Below are positions 7,739-17,256 of a stretch of 24,752 nucleotides of DNA, one piece after another; positions within the stretch are counted from its first letter, which is position 1; each line of letters starts with the position of its first letter. The notes below the pieces were generated by a model. It saw only the letters and a list, made by a program, of their open reading frames with translations, was not told the DNA's origin and searched no databases. This DNA is from a virus (taxonomy: Duplodnaviria; Caudoviricetes), in IMG/VR virus record IMGVR_UViG_3300005512_000311, positions 1-24,752 of that record; one strand, written 5' to 3'. A program made the position numbers and the translations under genes.

Positions 7739-7758
7739 TCTGGCGCCTCAAATCGGCT

Positions 7759-8013
7759 TTACTCTGACTCTGGATCAACCCAATCGGGGTTTTGCGTCCA
7801 TGTCGTACCGTCAAACGTGTACTTATTGCCCGTCCAGTCACTAGGTGCGTTAGTCACATTGTCAGTAATGGTTGCAGTGCTAGAGTTTAAGTCGCCGACA
7901 ATAAACTCAGCAGGGTCGCCCACAACAATGTGGTCAGAATTAGCCGTCACAGAAACATCATCTTCGAGTAGATATTTCGACAGGCCAGTTGCAGTTTCTA
8001 CAATAGTTTTCAT
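7759..8013 (-). CDS. Small protein after the RBP, candidate fiber assembly chaperone
   Basis: Position; C-terminal 'WTGNKYTFDGTTWTQNPDW' resembles fiber-accessory proteins. Confidence 0.6.
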   Translation of the reverse strand: MKTIVETATGLSKYLLEDDVSVTANSDHIVVGDPAEFIVGDLNSSTATITDNVTNAPSDWTGNKYTFDGTTWTQNPDWVDPESE

Positions 8014-8016
8014 GTT

Positions 8017-9915
8017 TTACCCCTTAACAATAATTTTGGTGGATGATACGGCTGTTCCAGCAACAACACTTGGACTATCAGCAGTTAAACCAAGTGATCC
8101 GTCTACTTGAACAAAGTATTGTTGACCCGCTGTAAGACCGCTTTGCGCGTCATCTACAGAGCCTACAATCTGAATAGTTGCGGTTGCTCCATCAGCATAG
8201 GCCGCGTCAGAAATGCCAATGTAGTTTTCTGCAGTTAGGTTAAAGCTCAAGGTTGAAAGTCTTAACACAGCAGCAGTACCGTAACTAGAATTACTCGTGT
8301 CGCTATAAGCTACAACGAATCTTTGAGCGTTAGCGTCATAAGCGGATGAAATATAAGATGTAGCCCCGCTTTCAAATACCACTGGCGATTCAAACGTAAT
8401 TGATGTGCCGCTGACGGCCCCCACAACAAAAGTGCCGTACTGAGAATTGCCGTCATCGTGATAAAATATTACGACTTTTTGTAGGTTAGAGTCGTAACTA
8501 ACCGATATCCAATTAGATTGCGCGCTTTCAAATACAGTTGGTGTGCCAAAGCTAATTGAAGTGCCACTGACCGTGCCGACAATAGCTGTTCCGTAGCTGG
8601 AGTTTCCAGCGTCTCTATAAGCTATAACATGTTTTTGGGCGTTGGCGTCATAGGCGACTGAAATGTAGAATGAACCCGCACTTTCAAATACAGCCGCAGT
8701 CCCAAAGCTAATAGAAGTACTGCTGACGGTTCCAACAATAGCAGTACCGTAATTACTACTGCCTTGGTCTGCATAAGCTATGACAACTCTTTGTTCGTTG
8801 GCGTCATAGGCGGCTGAAATGTATATTAAAGACGCACTTTCAAATACAGTTGGTGTGCCAAAGCTAATAGAAGTCCCACTTACCGTACCAACAATAGCTG
8901 TTCCGTAGTAAGAATTGCCAACGTCTTGATAAGCTATAACGACCTTTTGAGCATTAGCGTCATAGGCGGCTGAGATATACTGTGACTGTGCACTTTCAAA
9001 TACGGTGGCAGTGCCGAAACTAATTGATGTTCCGCTCACAGTGCCGACAATAGCAGTCCCGTAGCTAGAATTGCCTGCGTCTTGGTAAGCTATGACCACT
9101 TTCTGAGCGTTAGCATCATAGACGGCTGAGATCCAAGGAGAACTAGCACTCTCAAATACCACTGGCGTTCCAAAACTAATTGATGTGTCACTTACTGTTC
9201 CCACTATTGCAGTACCGTAGCCACTATTTCCATCGTCTTGGTAGGCTATAACGACTTTTTGAGCGTTAGCATCATAAGCGGCTGATATATGGTCAGATGC
9301 CGCACTTTCAAAAACTGCGGCAGTACCGACTGCCTGAGCATCGCCTGTTGATGCAACAACACTCACCGTGCCGTCACTGTTTACAATAACCAAGTCGCCG
9401 TTTGCCAAGGCTCCTGATGCAGTAGCAGTATGAACGCCGCCAGCAATTACATTCGTTAGCTGCGAACCATCCCCAATAAATGCGCTGGCGGTAAGGTCGC
9501 CGGTAACATTTAAATTTCCCGTAAACGTACCGCCATCGATTGCAACCGATGCCAACCCCCCGCCGATTGTGATATTCCAATCGCTATGTGCGCCGGAGCC
9601 CCCAGTATTCAAAACATTGATAACGAGCGTTGTGCCGCTATAGGACGTAACCGTCCCATCCATGAAATTTGCGGTGTCTGCTCGAGAGACGCAGCGCAGC
9701 GGCGTCCCGACGACGTAGGGCTTTCCGCTGTCCGCCGTGGTAAATGTCTTGGAACCCGTGCCGATGGTCACGCTGGATGCGGATGTGCTGTTATAGATCG
9801 CTCCCGCGTGAGTCACAAAATCCTCGAGCGCATCGGGAAACCCCTGCACATAATTTAAGCCCTCGAAATCCGCGAGCGTGTACGTTGTGCCGTTTAAAGT
9901 AACCGGGAATGCCAT
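8017..9915 (-). CDS. Tail fiber / receptor-binding protein with a predicted 7-bladed beta-propeller
   Basis: Last large tail gene, rich in Ser/Thr/Gly, seven tandem 52-aa repeats. Confidence 0.75.
   Translation of the reverse strand: MAFPVTLNGTTYTLADFEGLNYVQGFPDALEDFVTHAGAIYNSTSASSVTIGTGSKTFTTADSGKPYVVGTPLRCVSRADTANFMDGTVTSYSGTTLVINVLNTGGSGAHSDWNITIGGGLASVAIDGGTFTGNLNVTGDLTASAFIGDGSQLTNVIAGGVHTATASGALANGDLVIVNSDGTVSVVASTGDAQAVGTAAVFESAASDHISAAYDANAQKVVIAYQDDGNSGYGTAIVGTVSDTSISFGTPVVFESASSPWISAVYDANAQKVVIAYQDAGNSSYGTAIVGTVSGTSISFGTATVFESAQSQYISAAYDANAQKVVIAYQDVGNSYYGTAIVGTVSGTSISFGTPTVFESASLIYISAAYDANEQRVVIAYADQGSSNYGTAIVGTVSSTSISFGTAAVFESAGSFYISVAYDANAQKHVIAYRDAGNSSYGTAIVGTVSGTSISFGTPTVFESAQSNWISVSYDSNLQKVVIFYHDDGNSQYGTFVVGAVSGTSITFESPVVFESGATSYISSAYDANAQRFVVAYSDTSNSSYGTAAVLRLSTLSFNLTAENYIGISDAAYADGATATIQIVGSVDDAQSGLTAGQQYFVQVDGSLGLTADSPSVVAGTAVSSTKIIVKG
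8260..9325 (-). repeat. Seven tandem 156-bp coding repeats
   Basis: Consensus VFESAxxxxISAAYDANAQKVVIAYxDxGNSxYGTAIVGTVSGTSISFGT; the VFES-coding bases recur at 156-nt spacing (e.g. 8371, 8527). Confidence 0.95.
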
Positions 9916-10769
9916 TAAATAATCTCCTCAATAGTCATGGTGCGACTATATCGTGACAGCGTTGTGTTTTCGACGGGGCCGATCGCCGCCAGGCGCCCGT
10001 AAATGTTTTGCGTCAGCCAAGTCGCCGAGTCGCTCGGCTGCGGAATGACCAGGACGTCTTTCGACACCCCTTTCACCCGGTCGATATTGTTAAAGATATT
10101 GGTGAATATCTCGCTCTCGGGCAGATGAATTAGATCAAAAGTAACTCGCCGGTATTTGCGGACCTCATCGACAAACACCTGACCGCCGCGCGATTTAGTC
10201 ACCCGAGAGTCGTCGACAAACTCAAATGACACCCCATTGGCATAGTTGATCGTCGGTTGATAAGCCGGGCCAACAATAAGGCGCCCGGCCTCGAGATAAC
10301 CCGCCGAATTGGTCGAATCAGCGATATTCAGCCGGATATATCTAGCGATTTGCGCGCTCGGCAGCAGCGTAAACGTGCTGGCGTTGTAGAGGCTAATCAC
10401 GCTTGCCGATGGCAATCCGCCCCAGGTAAAAACGCCCCAGGGCGAGCCCCCGAACGCCTCTACTGGCGCCCAGGCATCGAGAGTGCCGGAATCGTATAGC
10501 GTCGTCGAAAAGTTATCATTTGACAGCCGCCAGCGAACGGTCGCGGAAGTCGTCAGGTTGTGCGCGATCAGGGCAAAAAAGTCCATGATCTTCTGAGAGC
10601 CGAGATCGATATTGATCTCCGCCGACGTTGCGCTGTTAGTCCGCCACACCTTGACGATCTGAATGTCCTGGAGGTTTGTCACGGGCAGCGTCGATACTGC
10701 CGAATCAGCGGTCAGCGTAGACGCGCTGTCGACATAATTTTCCGACGATATGATGATTTTTTCAGCCAT
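9915..10769 (-). CDS. Tail tip protein (jelly-roll-like N-terminus, possible distal-tail-like C-terminus)
   Basis: Position; VWRT...IDLG...ARYIRLNI pattern; TAATG coupling to the RBP gene. Confidence 0.6.
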   Translation of the reverse strand: MAEKIIISSENYVDSASTLTADSAVSTLPVTNLQDIQIVKVWRTNSATSAEINIDLGSQKIMDFFALIAHNLTTSATVRWRLSNDNFSTTLYDSGTLDAWAPVEAFGGSPWGVFTWGGLPSASVISLYNASTFTLLPSAQIARYIRLNIADSTNSAGYLEAGRLIVGPAYQPTINYANGVSFEFVDDSRVTKSRGGQVFVDEVRKYRRVTFDLIHLPESEIFTNIFNNIDRVKGVSKDVLVIPQPSDSATWLTQNIYGRLAAIGPVENTTLSRYSRTMTIEEII

Positions 10770-12272
10770 TTATCCCCATAGCTCCAGCTCGACCTCGTTC
10801 GACGCCGCATCCTCGGTGATCGTGATGACGCGGAACTTTTTGCCGCTGGTCAGATTATACCGATCAAACGCTATCTGCACGACGTCATTCAGCTTTAAAG
10901 TGTAGGGCTGCGTCTTTACCCTGATCGTATAAAAGTCTCGCTGAGAGCCATACAAGGCCAGCAGGCGCGTCGCCTCGGTGCTGGCGGCGCTGGATGCTGC
11001 GAAAAGCGCCTCGATAACCAGCTCCTCGGAATTCGGGTAAATGGTGCGAATGCTCGCCGTGTTGTCCGATTCAAACAGCATATCGCGCACCAGGTAATCG
11101 CGCTGCGCGGTTGTGATCGATGATCCGAAATCGCTCTCACTCATGACCTTGTAGTTTTTATCGTACCCCACGCGGACCCGGTGATTCGGGGTCGCCGACG
11201 ATTGGCGCTGCACCTCGATGATATTCGTCAGATCGAACTCGGCATCAGCAGTGCCGCTCGCCAGCTCGAGGCGAGTCATTTCAAATTCGCCGGATCGGTT
11301 GAATCCGTAAAACGCCCCGACGCTATTCGCCAGCTCGTCCAGAACCTCGAGGATGGTTGTCGATTTTTCGACATATATCCCTACTGTCGAATTATTGGCA
11401 GTATTCAGCGCGGTCAGCGATGCCGTATCGAGATCGCCGGGATCGGCAAGTCCGCCGTATGTCGTGACGATCTCCCTGGCAATGTCCGCAGCGCTGGTCA
11501 GGTAAGTGCTGCCGCTGTCAACATAGCCCTGGATATCCGCCGTGATAATCCCGGTCGGGTCTGCGACCAGCGTGATTTTTCCGTTCGTTAGGTCGACCGT
11601 GTAATCGGTCGTCAGCGTCAGCGCAACGCCGCCCTCATAGACCGCCGACACCGCATTTATTTCGCCATCGTTTACCTGATAGACCCGATTCGTTGAGTCG
11701 ATCAATACCGGCTCGATATTCCTGACCTCGCCAAAACATAGCGGGATCGGCTTGCCGAGAATGTTATCGGACAGCGAAACATCGGTATAAACATTCGGCG
11801 GGAATTCGATCTCGAAATCCTCCTGGTTGTCCCGGAGAACGACCTCGACGGTTTCGTCATCGAACTCAATGGTTTTCGACTCGCCCTTGAAAATAGTAAA
11901 GAAATTAGAAAAGCCTGCGCCGAACTCGCCGACTTTAACCTCGACCTCGCGGCTGTCCCAAGCATAGCCGGCGAAATCGTCCAGCTCGCCGTCGCCATTC
12001 GAGAGGATCAGATTGCCATAACCGGGGCGCGAGAATCCGCCGACTCGTCCGCTGCTGAACATGGTGCGCGAGAATGTGATCGGCTCGACCAGGCGCGGGT
12101 CGAAAAACTGATTCGCCGGGGTATCGCTGGGGCCGGTGACGAAACCGCTGTCGGAGTAGTAAAGCGTCAGCGCGCTTGCCCCGGCCACATCATACGGTTT
12201 CAGAATGGCGATATATGAGAGCTGGACGTTTCGTTTTGCGACCAGCTCCGCGAGCGTAGTGGCGACCGACAT
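10770..12272 (-). CDS. Tail tip / baseplate hub-like protein
   Basis: Directly after the TMP; GKPIPLCFGEVRNIEP motif; C-terminal LKLNDVVQI...VELELWG. Confidence 0.65.
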   Translation of the reverse strand: MSVATTLAELVAKRNVQLSYIAILKPYDVAGASALTLYYSDSGFVTGPSDTPANQFFDPRLVEPITFSRTMFSSGRVGGFSRPGYGNLILSNGDGELDDFAGYAWDSREVEVKVGEFGAGFSNFFTIFKGESKTIEFDDETVEVVLRDNQEDFEIEFPPNVYTDVSLSDNILGKPIPLCFGEVRNIEPVLIDSTNRVYQVNDGEINAVSAVYEGGVALTLTTDYTVDLTNGKITLVADPTGIITADIQGYVDSGSTYLTSAADIAREIVTTYGGLADPGDLDTASLTALNTANNSTVGIYVEKSTTILEVLDELANSVGAFYGFNRSGEFEMTRLELASGTADAEFDLTNIIEVQRQSSATPNHRVRVGYDKNYKVMSESDFGSSITTAQRDYLVRDMLFESDNTASIRTIYPNSEELVIEALFAASSAASTEATRLLALYGSQRDFYTIRVKTQPYTLKLNDVVQIAFDRYNLTSGKKFRVITITEDAASNEVELELWG

Positions 12273-15200
12273 TAGCGGACCCCGGCGGGTCGGCGACCGC
12301 TAATTTCCCTCGAGAGCTGCCGCCGCAGCATGACGATCTCGTCCTTCATTTCGTCGATGGATCGCTGCAAATCGGTACTGTCGCCCCTGATCGGTGAGAC
12401 GCTGCCGTTCCGATTCGGAATAAACAGTTCGGGACCGTCCTCGCCGACCATCGACGGCTGTCCGCGATCCAGCGGCCCACCGAATTGTCGAGAATTGAGG
12501 AACAGAGAGCCGCCAGCGATAGTGTTCGAGTCGTTGAACAGCTTGGCGACCAGATGATCCATATTAAAATCGATGGTGTCGAATCTGATGTCGAGCAGTT
12601 TACCGACTAGGAAATCGTAAATATGCTCGGCAAACCCTGGACCGATTTCGTTTATCCCTTCAGCAACCTTCTTATGGTGACCGAGATCGGCGCCGCCCGG
12701 CAGGATTTCCCGCATAATTGTGGGGATTATTTGATCCTGGAGCGGGTCAAATCCGCCGCGCTTCGTTCTCCGGTATAGCCGCCTTCCGAATCCATAGTTT
12801 TCGTCTGCCTGCTTGATAACCTCGAGGAAACTCTCCGCGACATAGCTCCCCGTGCCTCGGCGGATTTTTGACTTTTGTCTGGAATCTGATTCTCCGCCGA
12901 AAATTGAATCGAAAATGCTGCCAAAAATTTTGCTCAATATGCTGGTGATCGCGATGCTTACTGGGTCGAATCCGACAAACCCGCCGCCCTGGAATCCGGG
13001 CATTTCCATCCTGCCATCGTTCAACATATCGAAAAAGCCGGTGCCGAACTTGCTGACGCTCGCAGCGTTGATGACGTACTCGCCAGCCGAAAGGCGCGCT
13101 AGTACCTTGTCCTCTTTCGGACCCCCGGACCCGAATACGCGACCGCCATCGGCAAACCCTTCGCCGCCAATAAGTCCGCCCGTAGCGATGCCGGGAATCA
13201 GGTTTTTCAAAAAGTTGATACCGACTGACGCAACCGCAGCCGCCGCGATCTGCTCCAGCGTCCTGATAATCGCATCCTTAAATGAAGAAAAGCTCGAAAG
13301 AGCGCCAGAGAAGAACCCCCCGAGAGCGGATGTAAGATTGCCCAAGGCCGCACCAAAGCCCCCGAGAGCCGTGTCAGGGCCACCAAACAGGTTCTTGATA
13401 GCACTATCGAAAGCGTTGACCGGGCCAACACCGAAACAGCCGGTAACCGCGTCCTTCACTCCGCCCCCGCCGATCAATTTAGCGATTAGATCATTCAGAG
13501 TGCCGGTGCTACCTGATACGGCATCCAAATTCGCGAGAAATTCCTCGATCGGAGTGCCGTTGAACGCATCCCGAACAGCTTGCTCGAACCCGGTCAAATC
13601 GGTCGCGCTCAATTCTTTGATTTCAGCGTTCACGCCCTCAGTTGCGACTTGGTAATCGCGAGCGCTTATTCTGCCGCCGTCATATAGCGATTTCAGATCG
13701 GCCAGCTTGTCATTCAGCTTTTGAATCTCTGTTTCGCTTTTCTTTACCTCGTCCAGCACTTCGCGCTGGGATGCGGTAAGCCCGTCCGCTGCGCGGGTTG
13801 CTTCGACCAGCTCCCCGCCTAATTCCTCCAGGCGACGATTCAGAACTGCGATTTCCTCTCCGGCGGGATCGAAACCGGCATCAGTTGCGGCCTGTATCAC
13901 CGCCTTTACCTTGTCGATTTCTTCACGAACCGCGCGCGCCTCAAACGTCACGCCGGTCAGCTCTTCGATGGTGTTTAGCAGCGCGTTATTGAAATCCTCG
14001 GTAGTTGCTTCGGTGTTTTCGACGGTCTTTTTAAATTCCGCCATTTCCGACTCGAAATCCGTAATTTCGTCGGCGCCGGTACGCGCGGCCTCGCGCAAGT
14101 CCTCGAGAGCTTCTCGGAATGCGTCAGTCCTCGCCGCAGCGGTGATCTCCTCGGATGCCACATATTCGACGGTATCGCCGAATTCCTCGAGAACCGGCTC
14201 GGCGGTGTTTACGGTGTCATTTAAGTTGCCGAGCGCCTCCTCGAAACCGTCCGTTTCTTTGGTCGCTTTCTTAGTTGCGTCGGTGTTGTCCTCGACCTGA
14301 TCCTCGGCATCGCCCAGTATGCCCTTGAAAAAGTCAACGGCCTTGCCGACCTTGTCGGTGATGCCGAGATAGTCGTCGAGTGAATCGATTGCGTCGCCGA
14401 TTTCCTCGCGAAAAGCATAAATCGCCGCAGCCGCAGCGGTCACCCCAGCAATCAAAAGCGCAATCGGACCCGTGAGAGCCGCCAGTATTACCGCCATGCC
14501 CCCGAGCGCCTTTACCAGAGAGGCAACCGCAGCGGTAAACGCGATAACCTTTGCGATAACCATCGCCGCGATCAGCAGTTTAAACGCCCTCGTTATCTTA
14601 TCCAGGTTTTTAAGTAGCCAATCCAGCCCGTCGAGCAGCTTGCCGGTCAGCGGAACCGCCATTTCTGCAAGCCGGTCGGCGACCTTTTCCATGACCGGCG
14701 TCGCTTTGCCCAGCCCGTTTATCATTGCCGCTTGGACCCTTCGTCCCAGCAGGAAAACTGCGTCGTTGAATTCCTCAATGTTGTGAGCGGCGTCCCGTTT
14801 TACCGTGATGCCCAGCTTTTTCATCCGCTTTTCGCTCTCAATGAGCGCGCCGCTGCCGTCCTTCAGCATATTGACCATTGCAGCGCCTTCGGAATCGAAC
14901 AGCTTAAACGCCAGGCGCAGACGATCCGCCGGGCTCTTGACCTCCGCAAATGCGTCGGCCAGCACCTTCATACGCTGATCTAGCGGTAACGCCTGGAGCT
15001 TTTCGGCATCAATCCGCAGCTCTTTTAAAGCCCCCTGCGCCTCGCCAGTACCAACAGCGGCCTCGGCGGTTCGCCGGGTAAAGCGCTGGAGCGCCATGTC
15101 TGCGGTCTGGGTAGAGATACCCGCCAGCTCCGCTTGCGTCTGGAATTTAAAAAGTTGGTCCGTTGTGACGCCGAGCTTTGTGGCGGTTTTACTGAGCGAG

Positions 15201-15406
15201 TCGGCGGTCTGGAGTGCGTTTTTCGCCAGCAAGCCGAAACCGGCAGCGCCGGCAGCAGCACCCAGGGCGCCGGTCATGCCGCCCAGGCTGCTTTTGATCC
15301 TATCGACCGCTTTTTTGGCGTTGTTGAGGTTGCTATTGAGCGACTTGATGGCCTTGGACGTTTGGTCCTTGCCTTCAAATACGACCTTGACGGTTTGGTT
15401 TGCCAC
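12272..15406 (-). CDS. Tape measure protein
   Basis: 1044 aa, helical and Ala-rich; C-terminal FADGG...LSAGEYVINA and VGEDGPELF motifs; follows the G/T chaperones. Confidence 0.92.
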   Translation of the reverse strand: MANQTVKVVFEGKDQTSKAIKSLNSNLNNAKKAVDRIKSSLGGMTGALGAAAGAAGFGLLAKNALQTADSLSKTATKLGVTTDQLFKFQTQAELAGISTQTADMALQRFTRRTAEAAVGTGEAQGALKELRIDAEKLQALPLDQRMKVLADAFAEVKSPADRLRLAFKLFDSEGAAMVNMLKDGSGALIESEKRMKKLGITVKRDAAHNIEEFNDAVFLLGRRVQAAMINGLGKATPVMEKVADRLAEMAVPLTGKLLDGLDWLLKNLDKITRAFKLLIAAMVIAKVIAFTAAVASLVKALGGMAVILAALTGPIALLIAGVTAAAAAIYAFREEIGDAIDSLDDYLGITDKVGKAVDFFKGILGDAEDQVEDNTDATKKATKETDGFEEALGNLNDTVNTAEPVLEEFGDTVEYVASEEITAAARTDAFREALEDLREAARTGADEITDFESEMAEFKKTVENTEATTEDFNNALLNTIEELTGVTFEARAVREEIDKVKAVIQAATDAGFDPAGEEIAVLNRRLEELGGELVEATRAADGLTASQREVLDEVKKSETEIQKLNDKLADLKSLYDGGRISARDYQVATEGVNAEIKELSATDLTGFEQAVRDAFNGTPIEEFLANLDAVSGSTGTLNDLIAKLIGGGGVKDAVTGCFGVGPVNAFDSAIKNLFGGPDTALGGFGAALGNLTSALGGFFSGALSSFSSFKDAIIRTLEQIAAAAVASVGINFLKNLIPGIATGGLIGGEGFADGGRVFGSGGPKEDKVLARLSAGEYVINAASVSKFGTGFFDMLNDGRMEMPGFQGGGFVGFDPVSIAITSILSKIFGSIFDSIFGGESDSRQKSKIRRGTGSYVAESFLEVIKQADENYGFGRRLYRRTKRGGFDPLQDQIIPTIMREILPGGADLGHHKKVAEGINEIGPGFAEHIYDFLVGKLLDIRFDTIDFNMDHLVAKLFNDSNTIAGGSLFLNSRQFGGPLDRGQPSMVGEDGPELFIPNRNGSVSPIRGDSTDLQRSIDEMKDEIVMLRRQLSREISGRRPAGVR

Positions 15407-15572
15407 TCATCGCCTCGCTGCGCTGCTTTTTGTGATCCTCATCCTGCATGATGAAAAACACCGACCATTCGATGAACTCATCGACGGACATTTCGGCCTC
15501 GAGCTGCGAGACGGTCATCCCCAGCTTTTCGGCCAGCACAAAACGAAAGCGCCTGTCCGCCGACTCTCTTAG
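15375..15572 (-). CDS. Tail assembly chaperone T segment (-1 frame extension of G; absent from the ORF track)
   Basis: The -1 frame after A AAA AAC reads LRESADRRFRFVLAEKLGMTVSQLEAEMSVDEFIEWSVFF...GRI*, resembling gpT. Confidence 0.85.
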   Translation of the reverse strand, partial: LRESADRRFRFVLAEKLGMTVSQLEAEMSVDEFIEWSVFFIMQDEDHKKQRSEAMSGKPNRQGRI

Positions 15573-15925
15573 TTTTTTTCAAGCGCCTCGGCGTCGCCCG
15601 ACATTACCTGGTTGGCAATTCGAGCCACGACAGTGGCGTCTACATCATTCCGCAGCGCGTTTTTGTCCTCGATGGTAAACAGCTTTTCGCCGTCCTCGTC
15701 GACCAGCTTCATAATCAGCAGCTCGGCCAGCGTGTCCGCTGCGGATTGCTTTTCCGTCAAATACTGCAAGCGACCTTGATCTTTCAGAGTAAAGGGCGAC
15801 GAATAGGCAACCATCGGCCCATTCTCGTCGCCCCACTCCTCGATCTCGATACGCTTTAACGGTTTGCCCTTGAAATGCTCGGTCGCTCGCTGAATCGCGC
15901 GCGCCTTCGATTTCGCGGCAGCCAT
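15569..15925 (-). CDS. Tail assembly chaperone (gpG analog)
   Basis: Between tail tube and TMP; ends GAA AAA AAC TAA. Confidence 0.85.
   Translation of the reverse strand: MAAAKSKARAIQRATEHFKGKPLKRIEIEEWGDENGPMVAYSSPFTLKDQGRLQYLTEKQSAADTLAELLIMKLVDEDGEKLFTIEDKNALRNDVDATVVARIANQVMSGDAEALEKN
15572..15578 (-). other. -1 ribosomal frameshift slippery heptamer A AAA AAC
   Basis: X XXY YYZ in the correct frame, directly before the G stop, with an open -1 frame. Confidence 0.85.
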
Positions 15926-16317
15926 TATGTTACAGTGCCTTCAGTGAGCGCGCCGTCGCCCTGGAGCGTCAGAGACGCTTCTACCAGGCCATCAAATGAG
16001 CTGTTGATCGTGCGACCAGTAACAATCGCCGCACCGCTCAGTTTATGATCGCCGGTGGTATCACCTTCGACCTGGAAATTGACAGTAACCTCGCTGCCGA
16101 CAGTCAAGGCGCCCTGGCCGGTGGTGTCGGTGTCGTCGAAAAAGATGTCAACCGACCCGTTCCAGCTCTTCAGTGAAGTCTCAAACGAGCGATAGGTATC
16201 GCCCATTGCGGTCGACTCGATGGTGTCCATCGTCTCGTCTACGCTGAAAGATCGAATCTCCGCAATAGCGACAGAGCCGACCTTTACGGTTCCATTGTTG
16301 CCCGTAAGTGTTGCCAT
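15925..16317 (-). CDS. Major tail (tube) protein
   Basis: G.V.VG...IAEIRSFSVD...LKSWNGS...ASLTLQGDGAL pattern and position. Confidence 0.85.
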   Translation of the reverse strand: MATLTGNNGTVKVGSVAIAEIRSFSVDETMDTIESTAMGDTYRSFETSLKSWNGSVDIFFDDTDTTGQGALTVGSEVTVNFQVEGDTTGDHKLSGAAIVTGRTINSSFDGLVEASLTLQGDGALTEGTVT

Positions 16318-16488
16318 TTAGTTTGCCTCCTCGGCTTTCGATGTTGCGGCTCGATCTTTCGATTTCGCCTTTGGTTTGCTGGCCGGTTCAGTTGTCCAGC
16401 CATTACTTACAAGGCGACTCGCGTCGACCTCGTAGATCGTGATGGGGTCGCCCCCGCCTGGGGGCCACACCTGTATTCGCTTTGCCAT
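16318..16488 (-). CDS. Small hypothetical protein (56 aa) with a basic tail
   Basis: ATG 16488 follows AGGAG; start moved from 16539. Confidence 0.65.
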   Translation of the reverse strand: MAKRIQVWPPGGGDPITIYEVDASRLVSNGWTTEPASKPKAKSKDRAATSKAEEAN

Positions 16489-16501
16489 GTCCTGCTCTCC
16501 T

Positions 16502-16945
16502 TTAGACGGCAGTATCGACCGCATTTTCCAGAGTGACATACTGAACCGTCACACCGATTTTTCCGATGGCGACGGGTTGATCCCCTTCGCCCGAGAAGTC
16601 CGCATCGAACGAGACGATCCTGGTATCTTTCGCCAGACCGCCCCGCGTAATATCCGCCGCGAGTGCTTCCTCGACTTCCTCGCTAATTGTATCCAGATCG
16701 TTGTCGAAATTCGATACCCCCTTAACAAATGCGTCGACCGTCACGGTCAGCGTCCGTACCTGAGTGCGCGGGGGGTTGATCGTCTGGACCTCGATCTCTT
16801 CGGTGTCGGTGTAAATTGCCAAGCCGGGCAGCTTGCTATCCGCCAGGGGATAGACTCGAGTGCGGTAAACATTGCTCCCGGTCGTCGTCAGCCCGGTCAG
16901 CGTTGTGACGATGTTGTCGCGTATCTGTTTGCGAACGTGCGCCAT
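16502..16945 (-). CDS. Tail terminator (gpU-like)
   Basis: HVRKQIRD...VYRTRVYPL...LPGLAIY pattern and position. Confidence 0.75.
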   Translation of the reverse strand: MAHVRKQIRDNIVTTLTGLTTTGSNVYRTRVYPLADSKLPGLAIYTDTEEIEVQTINPPRTQVRTLTVTVDAFVKGVSNFDNDLDTISEEVEEALAADITRGGLAKDTRIVSFDADFSGEGDQPVAIGKIGVTVQYVTLENAVDTAV

Positions 16946-17256
16946 TACTGTTTCTCGAGCTGGAGCATAGTGGTGCCGGTTCCGTCATTCATAACGACCC
17001 GGATGATATAACTGGTCGAATTGACCGTCAGCGCATCACCTTCGGCAGCTGCCGAAACGTCGCTGGTTTTGCAGTGGAAAATAGGGGCGGTGCTTGCTAC
17101 CGGGACGAATCCGCCGGCCTCAATGGGCTCGAATTCATCGTCGAAAATCCCGGTGATGCTGGCGGCGGCTCCGCCGCTCGGCGTATAAGTCGCCGTGACG
17201 CCGAAATCGTCAGAGCTGAAAAATACATCTCGCTCGGTGTCGGTTTCGACCGCCAC
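16945..17256 (-). CDS. Head closure / head-tail joining protein (gpFII-like)
   Basis: DFGVTATY...ITGIFD...GDALTV...DGTGTTMLQL pattern. Confidence 0.75.
   Translation of the reverse strand: MAVETDTERDVFFSSDDFGVTATYTPSGGAAASITGIFDDEFEPIEAGGFVPVASTAPIFHCKTSDVSAAAEGDALTVNSTSYIIRVVMNDGTGTTMLQLEKQ

Noticed and set aside
8260-9325. Repeat array as CRISPR or as a diversity-generating retroelement target
   Set aside because: Repeats are in-frame 156-bp coding units without spacers; differences are not adenine-specific; no reverse transcriptase or template repeat is in the window
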